This document shows positions 44,549-56,683 of a stretch of DNA of 64,000 nt, piece by piece. The notes under the pieces are model-generated. The model had not been told where the DNA came from. It saw only the letters and a list, made by a program, of their open reading frames with translations, and ran no database searches. The position numbers and the translations under genes are program-made. This DNA comes from the human T2T-CHM13v2.0 reference genome, Homo sapiens: the NCBI RefSeq assembly GCF_009914755.1, contig NC_060927.1; one strand, written 5' to 3'. How positions within the stretch are numbered: position 1 is the stretch's first letter; every line of letters starts with the position of its first letter.

Positions 44549-46004
44549 TCTGGTTTGTCATTTTTTTAAATGAAATGTTGTCTTTTTCTTCCTTTCACCT
44601 CTAACTTTATTTAGAGAGTCTTCCAAACTGATCTAATTGTCCTTTTAGCATTTTATGTAATAGAAAATAATATTTAGATGGGCAGTGTAGCCTAATGGTT
44701 GATCATTGGCTTCAGAGTCCAAAACTGTGGTTCAATTTACTCATATATAGAATGGGGACAATATTTTCTACCTCATGGGGTGATTGTAAGGATTAAACAA
44801 GTTACTCGTCTGTAGAAATTTCTCTTCCACACACTTCATATCTCTTGTTAACATCCCTTCCACAGAATGCACTTTGGAAATGATAGTTTTAAAAGTTGGG
44901 AGTGCTTTCAGCTGCAAGACCAACACACAGTTATAACAGGGAATATGGAGGTGAACATTATTAAAGTGTTGGCCCAGTGGCTCTGGCTCTGGATTAGAAT
45001 CTCAGTGATCCTGTTGGCTTTCCCTTGAACCTCAAGATGGCTGCAGCAGCTCCAGGCATCACATTCACTTTTACACTCAGGAAGGGAACAAGAGTAGTCT
45101 GGGGTAACAGATTTTTCCTCTAGTGCCTCTCGAGAAATCTTCCTCGAGAAACCTTCAGCAGATATATTATGTCTTGCTGCCTAGGACTGTGTTACTTGAC
45201 CAATTCTAGGTGAAAGGCTAGGAAGGTGAGTAGTCTCTTCCAACCTTGGGGAAAGGGAGAAGCAGGTTGGAAATGGCTTTGGATGGCCAGTCATCTGCTA
45301 CCACACTGCTTTGGGGACATATACATTGTTCTTGTTTTAGGAACAGGGAAACATAGCATGGAAGGACAAAGAAAGGGGCTGAAGTTTCTAGGCTTTAAAT
45401 CCAATCCACAGGAATTTATTCAACGAATTCTCACGGAGCACCTGCCCCTTGCCGTGCATGGTGCCAGGCACTGAGGATACAGTAGTGAAAAAAACAGACT
45501 TGGTCCCAGTCCTCAGGGAGCTTTCTCGGTCCAGGACACACTATCCATCTTGTGGCTGCTATTATAAGCTGTTGTTACTGCACATCCACCATTTGCCAAG
45601 TGTGTACTGTGTGCTTCACACATAAGTCATTTAATACTTGCAGCAAGGCTGTGTATCCAGTCCCATTTTACAGATGGGCAAACAGGGTCAGAAGGATTGT
45701 GAAACTTGCCCAGAGTTAGTAGGCTGTAGAGTCAGAGTTGATTAGGTCTACCTGACTCCAAAAAAATAAAACATTCCACAAAAAAGTAGCAAAACATTCC
45801 GTACCTTAAAAAAACTACAATGAAGAAACAACCCTACAACGATAGACTCTCATAAAGACATGTGATCTATTAGTACTATTTGTTCTTCTTAAAAATTATC
45901 ATTATAAGGTTCTGTCCAGCTAATTTTCAGGATTGCCTTTCAAGACTCTATTGATTCTGCCAAGCTCACTTTGAGCTATGTGTGTGTGTGTATTTAAAAG
46001 CCTG

Positions 46005-46309
46005 GGCCGGCGCGGTGGCTCACGCCTGTAATCCCAGCACTTTGGGAGGCCGAGGTGGGTGGATCATGAGGTTAGGAGTTTGAGACCAGCCTGACCAACA
46101 TGGTAAAACCCCGTCTCTACTAAAAATACAAAAATTAGCCAGGCGTGGTGGCACACACCTGTAATCCCAACTACTCTCAGGAGACTGAGGCAGCAGAATC
46201 GCTTGAATCCAGGAGGCAGAGGTTGCAGTGAGACAAGATCATGCCACCGCACTCCAGCCTGGGCGATAGAGTGAGACTTTGTCGCAAAAGAAAAGAAAAA
46301 AGAAAAAAA
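46005..46309 (+). mobile_element. AluS (Sg-like)
   Basis: Full dimer flanked by an AAAAGCCTG direct repeat. Confidence 0.92.
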
Positions 46310-46893
46310 GCCTGATGAAATTATTTCTTTAGTGATTTTTCACTTATATCTGTATTCACATCTTGGAAGAAAAGGTAAGATAAATCAAGCTTCTGACATA
46401 AGATGAGTGCTTTGCTAATCGTGGGTCCTCACTCGGATTCTTGCGGGAGCATTCCAGCCTACATTATTTGTTACCTTGGGATGATTCTTTTTGGAGAAGG
46501 GAGAGCAATGCCTCCTTGCAATTTAAAAATTTATTTTTACAACTTTTAAAATAATGACAGAATATAGACTCCTCCAAGATTTGACCAAGAGTTGGAGCCA
46601 CAGCTCCTATGTAAATGACAACAGTTTGCCCTGGTAGGATCACCGTGTGACTTGGTTGTGGACAGTGTGCTCCAAGCTTAATTAGGCAGAGGATGGTCTA
46701 GGTTGCCCCAGGATCTGACAGCCACATTCCAGAGGCTCTCTGCAGACCAAATAATAAAGGAATGTAGAAAGTGCTCACTGTGTTTTCCATAGTCACATAC
46801 TAACCTGCAATCTGTTAGGACAGAAAACCTAACTTATTCTCTGAGGTAAATCCAGTGGCCTAACTTTGTCTTTTCACATTTCCTCCCAACTAG

Positions 46894-46990
46894 GTTTCCA
46901 TTGTTTACTGCAGTGTATCAGATCTGCTACGAAAGCAGACCAGTTCAAGAGATGTTGTCTTGTCTTCAGAGCCATCCAGAGCATACATAA
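46894..46990 (+). CDS. GPD1L: GPD1L terminal exon 8, coding part (K320-T351, TAA stop)
   Basis: aactag|G acceptor. (K)[34 protein letters not shown] at 46988-46990. Exons 2-8 plus a 47-nt exon 1 CDS (outside the window) give 1056 nt = 351 aa. Confidence 0.97.
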
Positions 46991-48607
46991 AGTGAATCAT
47001 GCAACGTGTTGGGGGAAGTTCTGCCTTTCTGATCAATCTTTTGGGTTCACGTGGAAACCAGGACTTGGCAACATGATGTTTGACTGTAATCTCATCACGG
47101 ATATGTATGAATTTTTACAGGTTCGTTTTTGAATTGTGAGAGGCAGTTCATTAGCAAAGATGTACTGGGCAGTAACTAAACACACATGCAAACATGTGAA
47201 TGGTGGTTTATTCCTCATTCTGTGGATGTTTCTATGAGCCAAAATTTGATGTCTTTTTTTCAAAATTGCTTATGAAATTTCCACACAATCGTAGCTTATA
47301 AGATTGGAACGATCTCAGCCAAATATTTTAGGTGTAATTCATATGTATTTGAGTGGAGGATTTTTTTTCTCATTTTTCTAGTGTTAAATTTTAACCAGCA
47401 TTAACATGGTAGAGTGGAGGAGTGAGTGTGTTCAAAGATCAACATATTTAACTTTTAAACACTATCTCAAAGCCAGCATAATTAACTACTTTGATTGTGG
47501 GCTGACCTTTGTTTTTTTAACAATCAGGCATTTTTAATTAGATAATCCACTCATGTATTTCCCCCTCACTGCAGTTGTCTGCATTTTTAGCCTCTTTTCT
47601 CTTCGTTAGTTGTCAGAATATGCCTTCGTCAAGGCTCAGAGGTAACAAGACAGAAAATTCATCTGGGATTTTCCTGCTGTGGCTGGCACATTCTTCTGAT
47701 TAACAGACACTTGTATGATGCTTTAGGCTAGTTAGTGCATTTTTTAGCAAACATTTATCTTAAACATCACAGATCCACTGGGGGGTGCAAGGGGCTACTG
47801 TTAGTCCTCTTGTTAGATGCAGTCACTCCTCCTGGTCACCTAGTGAGCAGGGACAGAGCCAGGAGTCAAGTGCAGTGCCAAGGTGCATGACCCTCTGAGA
47901 AGTCACTGGGCTGATTTGACCTCCGACTCATTGGTTGTGCAAATGCCATGTGCAGCCTTTCCTGAGGCCATAGGAGGGCTTCCTGCAGCTGAGATCTATG
48001 CAGGCCATCCTCTCAACAAGTGCCACTCCAAGGGCGGTCCTCGGTGCAGCAGCATCAGCTTCACTTGTGGGGGGGTGGGGGAAGGGGCGGTCTCAGAAAT
48101 GCAGGTTCCCAGGTCCCACCCTGGACTTCTGAAGGGGTGTGGCATCTGTGTTTCTGATGCTTACTACAATATGTGAACCACTACTTTAGAAAATCTGCTT
48201 TAACTTGGTATTCCTCTAATTGTGTTCCCTAGGAAATGACTGTCCCAAGAGCCAGTGATTATTCCAGGTGTTCCCTGGAAAGGTCAAGTGAGTCTGGGAA
48301 ACACTATGTCTGTACACCTCTTGAAGGTGTCGAATGTATGTTTATACATCAGTGGAACCCATTTTTCTAGCCTAGCAAGTCCCAAACACATTACACTGAA
48401 GAGATTTTGGTGAGGAAACTTGCTGGAGTTTTCAGGGAACACTGTTCTAGGCTTAGGTGACCTTAGGATCACTCAAGTAGACCCTTCACTCCCTGCGAGA
48501 AATTAGGATGAATAACTACCTGTGGCATTGTTGGTTCTGAACTTTTACAGTTCAGGCCTGCTGTGAATCTTTGATGAAGCTTTAAGGTGACACTGTTGTA
48601 CAAGATG

Positions 48608-48628
48608 TCAGCTTTGCTGAAACGCACA
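48608..48628 (+). promoter_or_regulatory. miR-210-3p target site in the 3'UTR
   Basis: TCAGCTTTGCTGAAACGCACA: ACGCACA (48622-48628) is the 7mer-m8 match to miR-210-3p (CUGUGCGUGUGACAGCGGCUGA); TCAGC and GCTG can pair with its 3' end. GPD1L is a known miR-210 target. Confidence 0.8.
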
Positions 48629-49767
48629 TTACCTGGAATAAGTGCTTTAATTGTAGAATTAGAATGGGATTTACTGTACTGTTTTAAATGAGATTGGCTT
48701 CAGAATCCATTACAGTTACCTTACATAGCACTTGATACGTGTTAAATGAACATATGAATGTAATTTATATATTCCTAGAATTTAAGTTACTTTGTGAGAT
48801 TTGGGCCTGTCCCTCAATGCCAGTTTAGGATTTCTTTTTTTCTATACCTTGAAATGATTATAAAATAGATTTTCATGGGAATTTTAAAAACTCTATCCAA
48901 AACATTTTTGGAGCATTTTAAAGCCCCATACACAGAAGTATACGAAAGCACACAAAACACTCCAAGTTTCAGCAGTTTTAGCGCCACCATTAACCCACTT
49001 TGCTTGTCTCATGAAAAATCTTTGTTAAAGTTTGTACACAGGTAACAAAAAGTTACTTTAAAAGATATATAAAGGGCTGTAAGCTAATTGTGGTGTCTAG
49101 TAAGTAGCATAATGAGATGTGAGGAGTTGGAACTTTGCGTGTTTTGCGTATTTTCATCTGCATTCAGCTTCTTACTCTGGGTTTGTACTCGAGTGTTATT
49201 TCTTTACAAATGCCCTTGTAATTACCACTCTGAAGTCTGCTGACTGTGTCTCTTGAACATACTTAGGATATTCTGCACATTATGGAAAAAGGTAAATTTT
49301 AGAAGTTTCTGCTCTACTAACTGTAGATATTTATGACTCTGCGAGTTATCTATTTTTATAACCACCTGTGGTCCATTGTTCATTTTAATTCACATTTCTT
49401 ATGAAGTATGGTAACAGGGAGGGAGACACCTAGATTAGCAGCTCAATTTGTACTACTTCAGCCAATCTGTGAATGTAAAAACTACACTGTTGCCTTGCTA
49501 GGATCCACCCTCCTATAATATGGAACAAATATCTGAATGAAATCCACCCTAGGAGACGGAGTCAAACTAAACTTGTGGTTTTTCATTTAACTTTTGACTA
49601 CAGCATGGCCCCATGGCATCCACACCAAGAGGGTGTTGTGATGAGGTGCCGGTGTGCAAAGGGAACTTTAGTTTTTCCACTGGTTCTTATCTGCTAGCCT
49701 TTTACATACATGTGTACTATATTTGTTTATAGACTGTAGGTGGATATATAATTTAAAAGCTTGATTT

Positions 49768-49773
49768 AATAAA
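49768..49773 (+). terminator. Polyadenylation signal AATAAA of GPD1L
   Basis: AATAAA with upstream TGTA motifs and downstream GTGGATCCTGTTTTTCTTTTT ~25 nt later. Confidence 0.85.
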
Positions 49774-50092
49774 CATTTAACCCCCTAAACTTGCACCGTG
49801 GATCCTGTTTTTCTTTTTATCAGCTTAGGTAATCATTTTATTTGTCGGCTTTTTCTTTTTTCCTGAACTGTGTTTCATTACCAATATCAAAAACAGTTTT
49901 CAACAGAAGGGCTTCATCTCTAATCCCAGGCCTTAAATGCATCTGTTTTTATTGTTTACTGATATTTTTATACAATTGCAGTTTAGGATGGAGACCTTCT
50001 AGTGAATTTGAAATCCCCTTCTCCCCACTCCATGTATACCTTTAAAAGCTGGGAAAATATAACCAGTGCTGATCTCGTAAAAATGTAAGGGA

Positions 50093-51684
50093 GCTCTCCC
50101 TCTACCTCTACCTCTACCTCTCTACCTCTCTACCTCTCTACCTCTCTACCTCTCTACCTCTCTACCTCTACCTCTACCTCTCCGTCTCCCTCTCTTTCCA
50201 CGGTCTCCCTCTGATGCTGAGCCGAAGCTGGACTGTACTGCTGCCATCTCGGCTCACTGCAACCTCCCTGCCTGATTCTCCTGCCTCAGCCTGCCGAGTG
50301 CCTGCGATTGCAGGCGCGCGCCGCCACGCCTCACTGGTTTTCGTATTTTTTTGGTGTAGACGGGGATTCGCTGTGTTGGCTGGGCTGGTCTCCAGCTCCT
50401 AACCGCGAGTGATCCGCCAGCCTCGGCCTCCCGAGATGCCAGGATTGCAGACGGAGTCTGGTTCACTCAGTGCTCAATGGTGCCCAGGCTGGAGTGCAGT
50501 GGCGTGATCTCGGCTCGCTACAACCTCCACCTCCCAGCCGCCTGCCTTGGCCTCCCAAAGTGCCAAGAGTGCAGCCTCTGCCCGGCCGCCACCCCATCTG
50601 GGAAGTGAGGAGCGTCTCTGCCTGGCCGCCCATCGTCTGGGACGTGAGGAGCCCCTCTGCCTGGCTGCCCCGTCTGGAAAGTGAGGAGCATCTCTGCCCG
50701 GCCGCCATCCCATCTAGGCAGTGAGGAGCGCCTCTTCCCGGCCGCCATCCCATCTAGGAAGTGAGGAGCGTCTCTGCCCGGCCGCCCGTCGTCTGAGATG
50801 TGGGGAGCGCCTCTGCCCCGCCGCCCCATCTGGGAGGTGAGGAGACCCTCCGCCTGGCAACCGCCCCGTCTGAGAAGTGAGGAGCCCCTCCGCCCGGCAG
50901 CCACCCCGTCTGGGAAGTGAGGAGCGTCTCCGCCCGGCAGCCACCCCGTCCGGGAAGGAGGTGGGGGTCAGCCCTTGCCAGGCCAGCCGCCCCGTCCGGG
51001 AAGGGGGGGGGGTCAGCCCCCGGCCCGGCCAGCCACCCCGTCCGGGAGGGAGGTGGGGGGGTCAGCCCCCCGCCCGGCCAGCTGCCCCGTCCGGGAGGTG
51101 AGGGGTGCCTCTGCCTGGCCACCCCTACTGGGAAGTGAGGAGCCCCTCTGCCCGGCCACCACCCCGTCTGGGAGGTGTACCCAACAGCTCATTGAGAATG
51201 GGCCATGATGACAATGGCGGTTTTGTGGAATGGAAATGGGGGAAAGGTGGGGAAAAGATTGAGAAATCGGATGGTTGCCGTGTCTGTGTAGAAAGAAGTA
51301 GACATGGGAGACTTTTCATTTTGTTCTCTACTAAGAAAAATTCTTCTGCCTTGGGATCCTGTTGATCTGTGACCTTACCCCCAACCCTGTGCTCTCTGAA
51401 ACATGTGCTGTGTCCACTCAGGGTTAAATGGATTAAGGGCGGTGCAAGATGTGCTTTGTTGAACAGATGCTTGAGGGCAGCATGCTCGTTAAGAGTCATC
51501 ACCACTCCTTAATCTCAAGTGCCCAGTGACACAGACACTGCGGAGGGCCGCAGGGTCCTCTGCCTAGGAAAACCAGAGACCTTTGTTCACTTGTTTATCT
51601 GCTGACCTTCCCTCCACTATTGTCCTGTGACCCTGCCAAATCCCCCTCTGCGAGAAACACCCAAGAATGATCAATAAAAAAAAA
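50093..51684 (+). mobile_element. Full-length SVA retrotransposon (SVA_D-like): hexamer head, Alu-like domain, VNTR, SINE-R, poly(A)
   Basis: CT-rich head 50094-50194, antisense Alu-like region, GC-rich VNTR (~50580-51175), SINE-R ending ACCCAAGAATGATCAATAAA + A-tail. TSD AAAAATGTAAGGGA at 50079-50092 and 51685-51698. Confidence 0.96.
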
Positions 51685-51872
51685 AAAAATGTAAGGGAAA
51701 TTCCTAGAATCCTGAAACAAATAGGGGACTGATTGCCAGAGTCGAAAGAATTGAGTTGTGAAGCTTATGCTACACGAGAGCCCACCAAAGGCTATGTTGT
51801 CAGGGAAAAAAATGAAATAAGAAAACCCAGGTAGAGGTACAAACAAAGAAGCTGGGCTCCATGTGAGAAAAA

Positions 51873-52070
51873 TGTTTTGTTTTGTTTGCTACAGAGTCTT
51901 GCTCTGTCACCCAGTGGTGGCACACACCTGTGGTCCCAGCTACTCGGGGCTGAGGTGGGAGGATCACCTGAGCCCAGGACGGTTGAGGCTGCAGTGAGCA
52001 GAGATCATGCCACTGCACTCCAGCCTGGGAGATAGAGCAGTGAGACACTGTCTTGAAAAGATAAATAAAA
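51873..52070. mobile_element. Fused inverted Alu fragments (minus-strand tail piece joined to a plus-strand right arm)
   Basis: acagagtcttgctctgtcacccag|tggtggcacacacctgtggtcccagctac junction at 51914/51915. Confidence 0.8.
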
Positions 52071-52195
52071 TAGTTGAAAAATAATTCATTATGAGTGAAA
52101 ACCAACAGATTTTTAAAAACAGAGTTAGAACCGTAGGATTTCAGATAATTTGAGTAATACGATAGATGCTTTTTTAAAATCATTTGAAATCCTTT

Positions 52196-52467
52196 ATAGA
52201 GATGGGGGTCTTACTATGTTGCCCAGACTCGACTGCAGTGGTGTGATCATAGCTCACTGCAGCCTCCAACTCCTGGGCCCAAGCAGTCCTCCTGCCTCAG
52301 CCTCCAAGTAGCTAAGACTCCAGGGGCATGGTACCACACCCAGCTTTTTTTTTAAAGTAAAGATAGGGTCTTGCTATGTTGCCCAGTCTGGTCTCAAACT
52401 CCTGGCCTCAAGCAATCCTCCTGTCTTGGCCTCCCAAAGCCCTGGTACTACAAGCATGAGCCTGGCC
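52196..52467 (-). mobile_element. AluJ
   Basis: J-type Alu match. Confidence 0.88.
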
Positions 52468-52469
52468 AG

Positions 52470-52850
52470 ATGCTTTGAAAGATATTTTTAAAAATAAAGG
52501 CATAAAAGAAGGATTAAAAAATAAATTGTATGGGAGGAAAAAAAAAAAGAACCCAGCCAGGCAGATTTGAAAAGGAACCTATTCAAACATTTAGGAATGA
52601 ATATAATCATTTGAAGTTTAAAAATAGGCAGATGGAAAGATTAAAGACTAGATTTGACAGAGCTGCAGATGGAATTGGCAAACTGGAAAATAGATCTGAG
52701 GATATTAAAGTAGCAAAGAAAATATTTGAGAATTTAAAGATTAAGTGGAAGATAGAATAGGACTTGAACATACATCTGATAGGAGTTACAGAAGAGAGAA
52801 AAAGGAGGCAATTTTTGAAGAAAAGGCTGAAATTTGTCCCGATTTAATTA
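52470..52850 (+). mobile_element. Old L1M ORF1-like fragment
   Basis: A-rich; gactagatttgacagagctgcagatggaattggcaaactggaaaatagatctgag resembles the L1 ORF1 coiled-coil region. Confidence 0.6.
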
Positions 52851-53297
52851 TGTGCATTCAATTTTATGTTATTCTCCATAATGTATTTCCATTAAAATTT
52901 AATCACATGGTCTTTATAGCTTTTTATGACTGCATATAAACTAAGTTGATGGTGAACGTTTTTGAGGAAATACGCTTTATGAAGAATCTGTGTGGATAAT
53001 CTAATTTACTGAAGCTGTGATTGATTCAAGTTACTGAAGCAAGTGATGTTACCTTTGGTAGGATGGGAGACAGCAGGCCTGGTACTGTGGGAAGACTTGT
53101 TCTAGCTCCTGCTTAACATTTAATATCCATGTTGTTTAGCCAAGTCAGCTAACTTCTCTTTGAGGTTCATTTTTCTCATTCGTAAGTGGGAATAATATCT
53201 GTGCAGCCTACCTCATAGGATTGCTGTTAAGGTCCGTAAAGAGCAGGAAATCAACATATTAAAGGAGAAAAATTAAATGATCATGGCGATATCTGCT

Positions 53298-53710
53298 TGT
53301 GGCAGAAACAATGCCATGTGTTCACTAAATTATTTTTTCTTTTCTTTTTTTTTTTTTTGTAGATACACAGTTAAATTACATTTCCCAACCTCCCCAGCAG
53401 TTAGGTGGCATCACATGATTGAGTTCTAGTCAATGGCATAGGGAGAGAAAAGTGCCACTTTCATGTGTTCTGTCTGGTTCTTTATTATTTCTTCTGTGCG
53501 TGCTGGTTGTATATCAATTTCCAGTATGTTCTGGAAGCCATACATTGAAGATGATGGACCCCCTTTTCAGCCAGGATTCTACAAGACAATATGGAGAAAG
53601 TACCCCCCAATCACATTGGTCTGTGATTGATAGGTACAAAAATTATTGTATTATGCCACTGAGACATAGGAGTTACTTGTTATAGCAGCTAGCATAACTT
53701 CACTTCATAC
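53298..53710. mobile_element. MLT1 (I/J/K-type) LTR
   Basis: tacatttcccaacctcccc..gcagttagg...tgagttcta and gccactgaga...ttgttatagcagc motifs. Confidence 0.7.
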
Positions 53711-53734
53711 ATTGCTAAAAAGATGTTTGAGGAG

Positions 53735-53844
53735 ATCCTTTTGTGGTTGATAAGTGTGATGATTCAGTTTTCATGCTCATGTATGAGATGTGCCCCCAAT
53801 CAAACTTGTCACAACATCTGCTTATTATCAGACATGAAAAAAAA
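53735..53844 (+). pseudogene. U13 (SNORD13) snoRNA retrocopy with A-tail
   Basis: ATCCTTTTGTGGTTGATAAGTGTGATGATT...TGAGATGTGCC resembles U13 (ATCCTTTTGTAGTTCATGAGCGTGATGATT...TGAGATGTGCC). A8 tail; imperfect TSD AAAAAGATGTTTGAGGA (53717-53733) / AAATAGATGTTTCAGGA (53842-53858). Confidence 0.85.
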
Positions 53845-54087
53845 TAGATGTTTCAGGAATTTAAAAATTGAACTTGCAGAAACATCAAGAGATTAGGGAA
53901 ATTTTAATCCCTTGGTCACTACAGCATCACAGTGTCTGTTTTGCCATCACTTTTTTGGACACAGGAGGCTATATATGAGTGTGGGCGTGCCTATGGGTAT
54001 GTCTGTCTGACTCTTCCCTACCCAGGATAACTCTGGCTAAATCCAAATTTGTATATCCAATAGTCCTTCTTTCTCCCTCTCACTCTA

Positions 54088-54383
<296 letters not shown>

Positions 54384-55198
54384 TCATCCTTCTTTCTCTA
54401 GGACTAATGCCAGCAAGTTCCAGGACTTATAACATGTGCTTAACATCAGAGAAGTCTTCACCAGGTGGTGATGTCCTTAAGATGTCTTCCTCATTTCAAA
54501 AGCTTTAAGTTAGAAATGTCACTAGATCTTAGATAAGGCCATATGCTACTTGTAACCTCCTGAAACCTGTCTGTCTGAAACCTGAAGGAGTGGTTCTTCA
54601 GCTCCCCCTCAAAGACTTAGGAATTAAACTTGTCTGAATTGTACACATTGTGAGTGAAATAGTGCCACTGGAAAGTACTTTACTGTTGAACTCAATGCAC
54701 CCTGTTATTTGTCAAATTGGTGTTATTTGACTCGTTACAAATGGAAATGCTTTTATGCTATGATGGAAGTGTTATTTGCATTTTTGTTACTAGTCTTATT
54801 TTTAAATAATTTTTCAATAGGTAACACAGTCATTTGGTTCAAAAATAAAGCCTGCTTCCCAAGTAGTTATTAGTTTTTAACAATCTCTTCTAGAATTTCA
54901 TTTCACACACATAAGCAAAATATATATATTCTCATTCCCTTCCCCATTTCTCTACATAAAATTGAGCTTACTTGATGCATTGTTACACATCTTGCTTTTT
55001 TTACTTAACATGACATCTTGACAATCTTTTATATCAGTTATTTTTAATAACTGCATGTTTAACTTTTTACTTTGAAATAATTACGGATTCATAGTAAATT
55101 GCAAAGGTACCCTTCACCCAATTTTCCCTAATATATCAACACCTAGTTTTTAAAATTGTAAGTTAAAATAACAGTAGCGAAACACTTTCAGCACTGCT

Positions 55199-55496
55199 CT
55201 TTTTCTTTCTTTTTAGTCAGGGTTTCCCTCTGTTGCCCAGGCTGGACTGCAGTGGCTCGATCCTAGCCCACTGCAGCCTCCAACTCCTGGGCTGAAGCAT
55301 TCCTCCTGCCTCAGCTTCTTCCAATAGCTGGGACTTCAGGCATGAGCCACCACACCCAGCTAATTTCTGAATATTTTGTGAAACCAGGGTCTCACCATGT
55401 TACCAAGGCTGATCTTGAACTCCTGGCCTCAAGTGATTCTCCTGCCTTGGCCCCCCAAAGTGCTGGGATTATCGGTATAAGCCACCATGCCTGGCC
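55199..55496 (-). mobile_element. AluJ inserted in a MIR
   Basis: Alu match flanked by a CACTTT(T)AGCACTG-like repeat; MIR core follows (cagatggggaaactaaggcac). Confidence 0.88.
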
Positions 55497-56384
55497 CACT
55501 TTTAGCACTGTTCTAAGTGCTTTGCATAGATGAACATTAATAAAAATGTATCACCCCCATATACAGATGGGGAAACTAAGGCACAAAGAGGATAAAGAAC
55601 GTGTCCAAATAACAGAGATAGTAATTAATGAGGCCACGTTTTGGACCTGGGGAGTTTGGCTTAAAAGTCTGTGTTCTTAACTCTTAGATAAGACTACATT
55701 AACTCCTTTGAGTAATGGGTGTTCATAGTTAAGCAAAAGCAAACAATGATGTGAAGGGTTGAAAGTGTAATCATTCAATTCTTTTGCAGACTTTCATAAA
55801 TGTACTGTGTTCATGCATGCGATATATTTTAAGACAATACTGTTTTAAAACTTTTTTAATAGTTTTAATATTGAACTTTCTGTATCAATATAATCTCCTA
55901 CATCATTCTACATATCTGCATCATTTTCTATGACTCTTCCTTAGTTTATTACAGATAAATGTTTGTTTTCTTTTTATTATAATAACTGGTGCAGAAAACA
56001 TTCTTGCACATGGATTTCTGCTCATTTATATGAGTGAATCTACATCATAAAATCCTGGAAGCGGAATTGCTGGCTCAAAGGTATGTGTGTTCTATACTTT
56101 AATGGAAACCGCCAAATCCCCCTTCACAAAGATGGCTGCAATTTATGCTTCTGACCTCACTTTCTGTTCCTAATTACCTCTACAGCCTCTATTAGGGAAT
56201 TCTTTATAATAACCAGAGACCTAAATTGAACCAAATAAGTCCCAGAAATGTGAGCCTTTGTACTTAATAATTTATGTCTCTCCTGTCAGTTTCACTGTAA
56301 AAAATAAAATTTTTTGTTATTCAAAACTACAATTGTGTTAAAGCAGCCATCTTACTATATAGTTGTAATAGTTGGTACTGAAAG

Positions 56385-56683
56385 TTTTTTTTTTTTTTTT
56401 TTTGAGACAGGGTCTTGCTCTGTCACTCAGGCTGGAGTGCAATGGCACAATCTTGGCTCACTGCAACCTCCACTTCCCAGGTTCAAGCAATTCTGCCTCA
56501 GCCTCCCAAGTAGCTAGGATTACAGGCACCCGCCATCACGCCCAGCTAGTTTTTTGTATTTTTAGTAGAGACGGGGTTTCACCATGTTGGTCAGGCTGGT
56601 CTTGAACTCCTGACCTCAGGTGATCTACTCACCTCGGCCTCCCAAAGTGCGGGGATCACAGGTGTAAGCCACCGCACCTGGCC
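56385..56683 (-). mobile_element. AluS
   Basis: Alu match flanked by a TGAAAGTTTTT repeat. Confidence 0.92.

Larger units (their letters stand above)
46991..49790 (+). other. GPD1L: GPD1L 3'UTR (~2.8 kb, no recognisable interspersed repeat)
   Basis: Runs from the stop codon to a canonical AATAAA followed by a U/GU-rich downstream element. The end position is inferred. Confidence 0.85.

Noticed and set aside
45129-45156. 14-bp tandem duplication CTCGAGAAA(T/C)CTTC
   Set aside because: Ordinary slippage duplication; the spacing fits neither HSF nor STAT motifs.
47883-48176. 97-aa ORF inside the 3'UTR
   Set aside because: Non-ATG start, no recognisable homology, and a length expected by chance.
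50214-51846. Cluster of overlapping 60-128 aa ORFs on both strands
   Set aside because: All lie in the GC-rich SVA Alu-like, VNTR and SINE-R domains, which are stop-poor by composition.
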